Shown in pieces: positions 40,386-51,403 of a stretch of DNA of 64,000 bases (position 1 is its first letter; each line of letters begins with the position of its first letter). The notes beneath the pieces were generated by a model. That model had not been told where the DNA came from. It saw only the letters and a list, made by a program, of their open reading frames with translations, and ran no database searches. Location of the stretch: contig RSEE01000025.1 of the NCBI GenBank assembly GCA_003971905.1, positions 558,001 to 622,000 on the forward strand, read 5' to 3'. The translations under genes and the position numbers were made by a program. The stretch comes from Moniliella sp. 'wahieum' (Eukaryota).

Positions 40386-41112
40386 TTTGAATCGCCATGC
40401 CTCCAACGAGCGGCATTTCCTCCTGTCTCTCGCATCGGTGAGGGCGAAGAGCGCCTCGTTTTCGTCAGCATCTCAAGTCTTGCTCTGCCCATGTGCTCAG
40501 CGCTCATGCATCATGGACCCCTTCGTCTCATCCAAGGAGAAGCAAGGCGCGTGTATAGTCCGTACCAGTGAGACCTAGCACACGCAGTGCCGCGGTGGAT
40601 ACTCGTGCCTGACATCTCTGGGACGAAGTGCCGAGGGAAAGAGCTGTTGCCCCGCCATATGACTATCACACTGTAGCGAAACACAGGGGGCTACTGCTTG
40701 ATATGCATGATACGTAGCAGCAAGTGGCTCAGCGGGGACCTACCGGTTAAAAGCCTTTGTACCGCGTATTTCCTACTACTGGCTACGGCAGCCCTACTAG
40801 TAGGGCGAGACGAACCTCCGGCCTTTGTCACTTCCGTGGAGCTTTCGAGCACGTTTTGCGGCCCCCAAACACCTGCGATTGCGCTCGCGCGGCAAGTGTG
40901 TGTGCTGGACTCGACTGTGGCCCGGTGCTCTACGGCATACTGAAAACGCTCGGTCCTCGAGAAGAGAGTGAGCAATGAGACTGGAGGGATACTGAGTACT
41001 GACCGATGACCGATGATCGAAGTGCGACCCTTTGGCCCCTTTCCGGTGCCATCAGCGCCATCAGCCACATCTCCGAACGGCCTGATCGGCCTCATCGCAC
41101 AGGCATTTTTCT

Positions 41113-41121
41113 TTATCTGAT
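41113..41121 (-). promoter_or_regulatory. SreA/Urbs1-type iron-responsive GATA site (ATCWGATAA)
   Basis: Plus-strand ttatctgat is ATCAGATAA on the minus strand, about 840 bp upstream of the transporter ATG. Confidence 0.6.
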
Positions 41122-43824
41122 CATCGATGAAACTCGAAATGAATAATTGATTGACTGCGAGAAATACATCCACCACCCACTCTCTCTACCGGGGTCTCAG
41201 ATCCCAGGCAACAACAACCACAGCCAGGAGCGAGCATGTGGGAGACCTGAGAGGAGCCATGCGTTCCAGCCTGTTCCAGCTGGTTGAATCAGCAGCAACG
41301 CCAAAACCTTCTCGATCATCGATCAGACTCAAGCTTCAAGCTATAGCTTCAAGCTTCAAGATGATGGAACTCATGTAAATGAGGCACTGAGGCCTGTGCC
41401 TGAAGGGCAACTGGTACTTCTATAGTTTAGAATCAAGCGCTTGAAGCACACTTTGGGTTTTGGTGGATATACTGGCCCCGGCCGCCATACGCACACCTCT
41501 GATTTTGAGTTGGCGGCTGCCGCACTCTCAGCCGATATGGCGAACAGAGCCCAAAATCCTTCCCTCTTTTTGACACGGCCTTCGCGGCTGCCTTGTTCGC
41601 AGTGCTCAGCACAGGACTCCATACGCAATACGGTTAAACATTGAACGTTGTACAAGGCTGTTTTCATCTGAAAAGGTCGGGGTGGTTTTCGTGCATTGTG
41701 TACAGTAGCATGTGACACGTGTGACACACCCCGCGTAATAGGTATCTCCGCAGATGTTCGCATGATGCATGATGCATGATGCATGGTGGATGCTCGATGC
41801 CTCAAACGGGGCAAGAGGGTTGGTCATTTAATATTTATCCCTTCCCTCTCGAAGAGCTTGAAGCTTGACTAATTAATGATTCACGATCTGACGGGTGGAG
41901 AAAGAGATCCCATCAGTGCATCAGTACTCAATTAATAATGTACTCAGTTTTCGTGCACTGCCGCAAGCTCTCATGGAACTGTATAGGCCTGTGGGGCCAG
42001 GCATTCGCCTCTCGTCTGCACGCGTGGTCTACGCACACACTCGCTTCCTCGTCGGACGGCACTCACATCAAACTACTGGGCTGCCACTGCAGTCATTTAT
42101 CGACAAAAAGATTCAAGCTCTTCAAGCTCTTCAAGCTCTTCAAGCTCTTCAAGCACCATGCATCATGCATCAAGCTTCAAGGCAACAAGTCTTGCATATC
42201 TGATGTCACCGGTCACCGGTCAGCCGCTCACCTGTCAATGTCACACGTCACGGGAAAATATAATAGGCCGCAATGGGGCTGTACCATATATGTGCAAGCT
42301 GTGTCGAGTATCGATATATCGATCACCCACTCTGGATGCAAAAGGCACAAGGAGCACGGAGCGTACTGCGTAAGGCTTACGGCGTAAGCGTGTAAGGCCT
42401 AAGGCCTAAGGCCTCAGCCTGAGGCCTGATGCCGGCTTGGGGGGCCAGAAAAGGCCAGCCTAAGGCCCGCGTTACGCTAAAGGGGGTCTGAGACGGTGAG
42501 CGTCTCCCTGGGCCTGAGCTTGAGGGCCGGATGCACTGATGCCTGACGAGTACGATGAGTACCTCGTACAGGGATGTGGGTGGTGCTGCACACTGAGGCT
42601 CAGTCCTGAGGTAGTGAGTAATAATGCTTCGTGCTTAGTACTTACACTTATTTACCGGCTGAGGCGCTGATCCATTGACATTGAATATTGATGTATGATG
42701 CATGATGCATGATGTGCCGATGCCCTCACGGAATCATTAATCACATCAGCGTTGGTGAAACATGCCAAGCCCTCGCACCTGGCCACACGCAACGCGCCAC
42801 CCACTCGGGACAACTGTAGGCGGGGAGGCGGTGGCCAAAATTTCTGGTATCTGATTTGCGATATTTATAGGCCACAAGCCGGCGGTCACCGCTCACCCGT
42901 CAAGCTCAACCTTCTTCAAGCTCCAAGCTCCAAGCTTCAAGCTCCAAGCACCAAGCTCATCAAGCTTCAAGCTTCATGCATCATGAAAGGACGCTTCAAA
43001 TCTTATAGATCTTTTAGATCTTAGACCTTACCGGCCGTCTGGTCATTTGACCTTTGACCGGTGACAGGGACTAGGGACTAGTATTACTGCGAGCGTTTGT
43101 TACAGTATGCACCTTGCCTTTTCTGGTCGTTAGGCGCGCCAACAGCGCCTATATCCCTCTTCCTTCTGTTCCTTTTCTTCCCTCTTCACCATACTGCATT
43201 CGTTCTACTTCTCACCCATGTGTGTTGGCCGAACCACCTGCCGCGATGCCGAGAGAACATGCCGTCTCTGCCGGTCAGAATGCACAGGTTCCAACGGTAC
43301 CTTTTTACCCCCCCCACTTCTAGCTGTATGATGCCCTGTGAAGACAACCCCCTCTCCACCTATGGGTCTTGGCGAAAGGATTACGGATAGTCGATGACGC
43401 GCCGCCGACGGAAACTGAGTCCAGAGCTGGCCTGACGCTCTGGGGACCCACCGTTGCTTTGGCGCCGTCACTATATGTTCACACGTTCGGACTGTTGTGC
43501 CTGGGCCTGACCAAAAAAACATATGTCTTCAACGTAGGACAGACTGTCGTGCCTGAAAAAAAACCCTGTCAGATGCCCACTCCTTTCCCTCGACCACACA
43601 TCTTCCTTAGCCGGGCCCGATGAGAACCGGCAGCAACAATAATGGCATGCACCGGTCACCGGTTATGCTGCGTTCCAGAAAACGTGTTGGGGCTGAACGT
43701 GCCGAACCCGAAAACACCAAGTTTCTTCGTGCCTGTGAGGTGGCCCCTCTTCGCCTCCGTTAGGGCATCTTCGGAAGGCGCCCCTAGAAACATAACCCTC
43801 CTTCCTGCTAGATCGCGTCCATTT

Positions 43825-44355
43825 CATTGACAGAGCTTAAGGCTGGGACAGGGGGAACGCTACGTCTAAACCTAACCGTTCATCTTGCGGCTAGATTGTA
43901 TTGGATGGCTGGAACGGTCTCGGTCGGAACATAATACGCGTTTCGTGCTGAATCGCGCCACCGATAACTGGGATAGGGGGAAGCATTCAGAAACACGCGC
44001 TGCGGGGAACCGGTTTGTCTCCTTAAGTTCCCTCAGACTCAGGTTGATTCGACTTGATTCTCTTGGTTCTCGTGTACAACACCACTAAAGTCGTTCTGGT
44101 CCAGCGGGTGTTGTTGCTCAGTCCGACGGGAAAACGTACGCGTGAAGAACGGTTGGGGAATGAGTACTGAGTGGATAGTGTTGAACGGACACAGTCCCGC
44201 AACCTAAACTGCTGCGGGGCGAGGACGGGTGCAAACTCGGGAAAACCTATTACGGTTGAATGGAAGTCCTTACCGATATGATGCCATATCATTGACAGAG
44301 GTTAAGGCGGGGACAAGGAAACGCTCTACGCCTAAACCGACCCGTTCATCTTGCG
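43825..44355. repeat. Repeat family C: ~65-bp unit at 43825-43889 and 44290-44355 (also 22158-22222)
   Basis: cattgacagag.ttaaggc.gggaca...aacgc...ctaaacc...ccgttcatcttgcg is shared between copies. Confidence 0.85.
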
Positions 44356-44439
44356 TGTGTTACTTGGTAGCGCCACCCCTGTTAAGGAACCATCAGGGGA
44401 ATCTCCAGGAGATCAGGATCCTCTGTGGTGCTCGCCATC

Positions 44440-45110
44440 CGTTCCCATACCCGACGTAGCGCATGTGGACACGGATAACGTGGTAGACATCCGAGCGAGG
44501 AACCATTTCCATTGAGACTCAGTAGCCAAATTCTTCCAATGGGCAAACATCTTGCCCGCTGTCTTGGTGCCGCAGTATCCTCGCGTCGTCAAAACCAGGG
44601 GGAAAAACGGCTCTTGGGTGCGTCCCTGGTACTGGGAGTTCTTGTCGCATTCTGCTTGTTCAAGCAGCCGAAGCAACTCCTTCTCCCGGCGTTCCATTCC
44701 AGGGGCCCCGTCGCTGTGCTCTCATGCACCACCCTCCGGTACGCGCTCTGCGCCTCATGCGTTCCCGTGTCGCGCAGCGTGTGGTCGACCTCCATTCCGG
44801 TTCCTCCCAGTGCTCCAGGCCCCATCACGCGGTAGTCGGTGCGCCTAGCCCTCCGTCCGCGCCTCGTCCCAGCCTCTTCCTCCACAGCCAGTGGTTCCTT
44901 GCGGACGTGGGTGTCGGGGATGGAGCGTATACTCTCTTTTATAGTAGTTCCAACCATTTTCTCTACCCTATCGGAGTCAAACTATGTAAGCCCTCCCTTG
45001 AATGTGAGGTGAGGCGAGGCGTGGCAAATTCCGAGTCGACTGTACGGGAGGCATGTATCTAGTGTGGCCAGCATGTGTTGACTGGAGGATGTGTGGCCTA
45101 TTCAGTGCAA
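44440..45110 (-). mobile_element. 3' fragment of CRE-clade retrotransposon (restriction-like endonuclease domain), copy C
   Basis: SIPDTHVRKEP...RRTDYRVMGPGALGGTGMEVDHT...DKNSQYQGRTQEPFFPLVLTTRG...FLARMS. Nucleotide similarity to 20720-20900. Confidence 0.82.
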
Positions 45111-45115
45111 TGGGG

Positions 45116-45162
45116 ACTGAAGGGGCCTTGGCCAAACTCACGAGTCACCCGGTAGCTCAACA
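45116..45162 (+). repeat. Dispersed repeat family B, partial copy 3
   Basis: actgaaggggccttggccaaactcacgagtcacccggtagctcaaca matches 6488-6533 and 63802-63847. Confidence 0.75.
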
Positions 45163-45514
45163 CCGGCTATATACGCTTGTACCGACCTAGCGGCGTCGAA
45201 GACGGTGTGAATAGCAACCGAGACAAGAGAAGTGGGGGGCGGAGGTCGTACTTAAATCAAGTCGACTGTCAGCACATCATGCGTTTTTTTGCGGTGTGAC
45301 AGAGGCGAAGGAGCAGGTGTCCGCACGGGTTTGTCGTTGTTTTCGCCGCGACGCTCGATGTAGGAGATCCTGCTTTGAGCGCACATCCACTGGTTCAGTG
45401 GAGAGCAAGGCTTGGGCAATGGACAAGGAGCGAACCAGGGCGTGTCGGCTGGCTATGCTTATCGCGTGGGGTTGGGGATTGCTCATGCTAAGGTGCATCT
45501 TCATATCCGTCCAT

Positions 45515-46345
45515 TCATTGGAGTATGACGGGCCGCAGGGCTTTGCTGCGCTGGGCGAGCATGTACGTGTACATCACATACAGCCCTCCCCACCACAACG
45601 GAATGAATACGGCGTTGGCCCCATCCACCAGCCCCCACCGCTCGCCCTTTGCCGGTAGCGAGCGCCACATGAGCATCGTCTCTGCCAGGCAACCGAGCGG
45701 ATAGAGTACGAGGAACAAGGTGTACCTGTGTGTACGAATCAGCGTTTCGCTCTGCGCAATATCGTCTCCTGCTGCACCCACCAGTGCGGAATGGAGAGGA
45801 AGGACAGATGCACGTACCGAGCCCAAGTCAGGAGCGAGGAGGATGACCCTAAGATGGCCATGCGTAATTCGGGTAGCGCACCACTTCGCTTACGCTCCAT
45901 GCCACCAGCATGACGGTAAACCATCCCGACCCGCTGCGGTGGGAGAATGTTCGACCACGCCCCACACGCACCAGAGGCGTGCAAAGAGTTGCGTGACGAC
46001 AGCCGAGGTGGGACTTCGCACCCACCCGAAAGCACTGTGCAACACCTCGACCAGCGCCAGTGTCTGTGTGGTGCAGAGCAGGCTTCCTACCGCGTAGTGC
46101 ACGCGCGCGGATGGGTGGCCAAGCCCATAAGGACGCCAGGCAGCCAACGCAGCGCCCAGATCAGGTAAAATGGGCAGCGTAGGGTGGGAACGCGCCTGGA
46201 GCGTCGTGGCGAGCACCACTGTCCAGAGGTAGAGGGCGGCGAGGTTGTACGCGACGAGGTAAGCGCGGACGAGTGCCGGAAGCGCCTGCGCTGGGGTCGG
46301 GGCCGAAGCCAAGGTCGGGTGATGCCGCACACCGCCCGGGAGCAT
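45515..46345 (-). CDS. PHS1: Very-long-chain 3-hydroxyacyl-CoA dehydratase (PTPLA family)
   Basis: YLVAYN, QTLALVEVLHSAFGWVRSP, QLFARL, RYTLFLVLYPLGCLAE, MYTYMLAQRSKAL. Confidence 0.92.
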
Positions 46346-46987
46346 GCTGGGGCGAGCGGATGCGCAGATGCTCTGATGACTGAGGCTCAGTCGTGCGGGT
46401 ACTGATCGTGTCCGGGTCCGGGCGGAGGTTTGGGCCCCCGCGCTGCGGGTCGCGCGACTATCACATCACACACGCCGTGCCGTGGCGGGGCTCCGCGGGT
46501 GGTCCTGTTGGTGGGTGTACTAGTTGGCGGATACCGGCTGGACTGATTAGATCAGCAATGAAATCTTTGTCAGGGGGCGCTGGTCTCCCATCTGCTTGGG
46601 CCAGCTCGCAGCCAAACACCGAATCGCAACCAAGTGGGCGCACATTTGGCGGAACAGAGCGGAACCACCGTTTGAAATTGCTCCCGCAAACTTCGTGGGC
46701 GACGCACACTGCCCCTGGGCCGGCGCCTGGGTGACCGGTGACACGCCGTGACACCACTTGCATCCTAATCTTGGACCCCGTCCGCGCTGAGACTCCGATT
46801 CAGTACCACTCAGCGCCGCCCAGCTTTTCTCCGCCTTTCTCTGCCGCGCTGGCCTCGCGGTTTTAACTGCGTCTTCTAGCACACTGCCTTGGCCATCTCC
46901 ATCACCAGCAGCCTTCTTCCCTTCCCTTCCCCTTCCCATTCTCCCTCCCGCTCCCCTCCCACTCCCACTCCCACTCTCGCCACAACC

Positions 46988-48143
46988 ATGCCCGCACAGA
47001 AGGTCCCCGTGGGCGTTCTTGGTGCCACAGGTACGCGCTCTTTCCTTGCCCCCAACCGCACACACCTGACCTCCCCTCCCCCCTTTCTGCGGCACAGGCA
47101 CCGTCGGACAACGCTTCATCCTTCAGCTGGCGAACCACCCCCAGTTTGAGCTCGTCGCACTGGGCGCCTCGTCGGCTAGTGTAGGCAAGACCTACGCCCA
47201 GGCCGTGGCCGGGCGATGGAAGCAAACGTCGCCGATCCCCGCCAACGTGGCCAGCATGCCTGTCCAAGCATGCACGCCCGACGCCTTTCGGCACTGCACG
47301 GTTGTCTTTTCTGGTCTTGACTCGGGTCCGGCCGGGGAAATTGAGCCTGCGTTGCGCGCGGCGGATGTGCGTGTGTTTTCCAATGCCAAGAATTACCGCA
47401 TGGACCCCGTCTGTCCGCTTGTCGTTCCCCTGGTCAACCCGTCGCACTTTAGCGTCATTTCGCATCAACGCACCACCCTTTCGCCCCCGCCCAAGCAAGG
47501 GTACATCATCACGAATGCCAACTGCTCCACTACGGGCATTGTGGTGCCGCTCAAGGCGCTGCAGGACGCGTTTGGTCCGCTGGACAAGGTCCTGATCAAC
47601 ACGATGCAGGCCTGTCGGGTGCCGGCTACCCGGGTGTGTCTGCGTTTGACATTCACGACAATGTCGTCCCCTTCATCTCGGGGGAGGAGGAGAAGATCGA
47701 GAGCGAAACGCGCAAGATCCTGGGCGAGGTAAATGCCGACGGCACGGGCTACGAGGAGGTCAAGACGGTTGTCTCGGCGCACTGCAACCGCGTGCCCGTG
47801 TTGGATGGGCACACGGAGACAGTGAGTGTAAGCTTTGTGCGTCGCCCGGCGCCTCCCCCGAGCAGGTGGCCCAGGTTCTGCGCGACTACACGTGCGAGGC
47901 ACAGACGCTCGGATGCCATTCCGCTCCGAAACAGGTCATCACGGTGCACGACGAGCCCGACCGGCCTCAACCGCGCTTGGACCGCGACCACCAGAACGGC
48001 GCTGGGGTCAACGTGGGTCGGATTCGCGAGTGCCCCGTATTGGACATCAAGTTTGTCGTCCTTTCCAAAACGTAATGATTGGCGCTGCCACGTCGAGTGT
48101 GATGAACGCTGAGATTGCGCTGGCCAAGGGCTACCTGTCTTAA
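46988..48143 (+). CDS. HOM2: Aspartate-semialdehyde dehydrogenase
   Basis: [56 protein letters not shown]. Intron 47031-47097. Confidence 0.96.
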
Positions 48144-50205
48144 CTATCAAATTTGATCCTCGTGAATACAGTCCATCCAGGTGGGTTGAACACAGTGCTG
48201 GAAGCAGGGCGTGGATGAGGCGTGGATGAGGGGAGATAAGGAGAAGGAGGAGGCACGGAGGTACCATGATATTGGTCTACGATAGCGACGGACTGAGAGG
48301 GTTCAGGGGCATAGGCGTAGGCGGCAGAGACTTGTCCTCCCTCTCTTCTCCGGGAAGGGAGGCACGGGCGAGGCACTCATCTGCCGCCCAAACCGAGGCG
48401 AATAGGCTACCACTCGTGGTGTGCCGCCCAGGTCGGAAGGTGACTCCAAGCCCGAAGACGGTTCCAAGGGAATGTTCAGCGCCAGCCCATGGCCCTGACG
48501 TGGTGTATACGTCGGGAGACGATACGGATCCCGTAGGCTCACGTCGGGCCCCAAGTCCAACTCGTGCTGCTGACTCTGGCCCCTGGCCAATTGGGCCAGC
48601 GCAGCTGCCTCGGCCGCCTTGACGTCCGCAAGGGTAGGAAGATCCGGAAGCGCTGTGGGCGCAGGAGGAGGAGGGGGACGACGGGCACTCGAGCCCAAAC
48701 TGGGAGAAGTGGGAGAAACAGGCGAGACAGAGGTATTGCTATCCTCTGTCCTTGCCAGGGGAGAAGCCAGCATCGCTTCCACATGTCCATTCTCGTCGGG
48801 AACAGGCGCGGGCGGTGCTTCGGTAGATGCCTTCTCTTCCTCTTCAGGCTTTTGGACCAAAAGTGTAGGTGGGAGATATGGGTACTGCGACAGCCGCTTG
48901 GACGATGTGTCCTCCATCTCTTCCTCTTCGGGATGGTAATCGGGCAGTTGGTTCGCTGGCATACCTGGAGCGTACCCGCCCGCTTCCCAGATCCGTGCCG
49001 AGCGATCGGCCATGGCTTCCAGCGTAGGCCAGCCTGCATAATCCCCCTTCAAGGCGAAGCCCGCCAGGCCATCTCCTGCGGCCTCCCCACCTCCCCTGCC
49101 TGATGCACCGGCACCATGGGCAGAGCCTGAAAAGTACCCTCGTAACCAATTAGGTCCTCGTCTGCGTCCGAGTCGAGCATCTCACTCGCATCCAGCGTGT
49201 ACAGAGTTCCTGCCTCCAATTCGTCGGCAAACCAGGAAAGGAAATGAGCCCACCCTTCGGGCCCGTCCCCAGGGCACAATACCACCTTTGTATCAAAATC
49301 ACGACCAAACGCGATCACCTGCCCTGCCGCTGCGCGATTGCCCGGTGGATCCGAAGGGGGAGGTGGAAGGGCGAGGAGAGGCTTGATCATAACGCGTCTC
49401 CAAGTTGGTGTCGTCGCTACCGGGCGGAGTGAGGTCCACGCCAATGTAGTTCCCCACACGGTCTGTGATCAGGGGGATCCAGCCCGAGTCGGAATACTTT
49501 GCGCGTACCCACCCACCGGGACAGGAGGACATGTTGGCCTTGACGGCCGCCGACGCGCCTGTATCCGGATCGTTATCCACGTGTCGCCAGAAGGACCATT
49601 CCCTCAGCGCCTGCTCGGCCGAGAGCATAGCCAGACCAAAAAAGAGCCCGTCGGTGCAGGAGCCGCCCGGTACAGCAGTTGCATACGCCTCGACGTCTTG
49701 GCCATTTACACACAGCAGGTCGCTCGCACGGCCGTCGGAAGAGGACGACCAAGGGCGCGCTCCAGCTCTCCACGTCTTCCAGGGCGGGCGAGTTGAGAGC
49801 GTATCGTTCACTTCGGGTAGTGTTCCTCGGCCCAGGCGCGAATACGTGCCCAGGAGTGTGCAGGCGGAGGAGCAGGCCGGTGGTGGCTGGCGGTCAAGGG
49901 ATCTTCTTCTCCATCTCCACTCCACTCTCCACGGGAGGAGCGAGCACAGCGAGCGAGTTGGCTCGGGAAGCCAAGCCAGGGCGGGGGAGAGCGTAGCCGG
50001 CGGGCACACCGCGCGTGGCGCAGCAGTGGTGGCGAACATGTCGGAGCTCATCGTCGCTGCCGGTCCGCCACCGTAATGGGAGTACGGCGAGGCGAAGGAG
50101 GAGAGGACGGGGGAAGCCGGCGGACGCGCCGGGCGCGTACCGACCGCTGCTGCTGCCGCCAGCACCGTTCCCGCCGCCCAGCCAGGCAGCGAGCGAGGAG
50201 AGCAT
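48140..50205 (-). CDS. SMI1: KNR4/SMI1 cell-wall glucan synthesis regulator
   Basis: YPEVNDTL, NGQDVE, GLFFGL, EWSFWR, GWIPLITDRVGNYIGVDLTP, GQVIAFGRDFDTKVV. 3' end approximate. Confidence 0.9.
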
Positions 50206-51403
50206 CCTGCTTGTCGAGGAGGGTTGGGAGGAGGCGACGTTGGGAGGGGGGTGTGGGGGGGTGTGGGTGGATGGGGGGTGGGGATGGGGGATGGGGGATG
50301 CAGGACGGGTGGTGGGTGGTGGGTGACTGGCGGGTTCCACGCCGGAGCCGACGGGCTGCGATCGGCGGTGGCCCTCCCGCATCACGCGTCGGGTGTCACG
50401 CGTGTCAAGTGTCACGCGACACACGCCACGCCGCAAGCTGGCACAGCAAACAAACGCGGACGGCACACAGGCGCCGTGCGATGCTCTCGGGCGCACCCGC
50501 CGCAGGTGTTGTGGAGCGCGGGGGCACAGCGCCAGTGTGGATGTGCGGGCTGCGAGCCACCGGGGATGCAATATGCAGCAGCGAGGGGTTGAAAGTTGAA
50601 AGTGCAGACGCCTGCCTAGTGGCTGGCCGCCACGTGGGTACTGCTGCGGTGCGGGGCGGGCGATGTGGGATGGCGGTGGCGGCGTGTGCGCTTAAGCCGT
50701 AAGCGCGTAAGCTAGCAGCTTAAGCGGCGCGTCCTGCTCCGCTCCGCAGCCCGCACGGAGGCACAGCGATGCGGGGCGCAGGTTGGCTGTCGGCTGCGTC
50801 GGCTGTTGAATATGAATATGAATGCTCAATTTCAACTTATCATCGCAGCGCCTGGGCGGCGCAGCGCTGGGCGCTCGCTGCAGCTCGCTCTGGGTTCCTG
50901 AGCAGAGGCCCAACCACACCAGGTGCAACCTCACTCCATCGCCGCTTCCCTGTCCTCTTCGGTCTGTCCCACGTGTGCCTGAGCCGAACCATGCAACTTG
51001 TCTAGATCTAGATAATGATAGCCAGTTGCCAGATCAGTGCGCTCGGCGCACGGTGGAAAAGTGGATATGAATACGATGATTGAGATGGATGTGGCCTTGG
51101 CATCTGCACAACACCAAAGCCCACAATTGGACCCGGAAGATACGCACAGTGATCGTACCAGACAGACAGATACTCCTGCTGCACACCTCTGCTTAGGAGC
51201 AAGCCACCCCGCCACAATCAACGAGGCCACAGGATAGCAGCACCCGACATGCGATGTTTACCCCACCTCTCAGCCCGAGAGCGGCGCAGCGGAATGGAGC
51301 GGAACGAGCGCACGGCCCCCCCGCGCGCGCAGCACCTGGCAACTGCCGCTGGCCAGCCTTGGGTCCGCCCGCAGGCAGCCGAGCGACTTGGCGCGCCACC
51401 GCC

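Noticed and set aside
42543..42575. Hammerhead ribozyme core CTGACGA plus stem
   Set aside because: No GAAA after the putative stem II, and no stems I/III.
48140..48376. Overlapping stop codons of HOM2 and KNR4
   Set aside because: The true KNR4 terminal frame is uncertain because of frameshifts.
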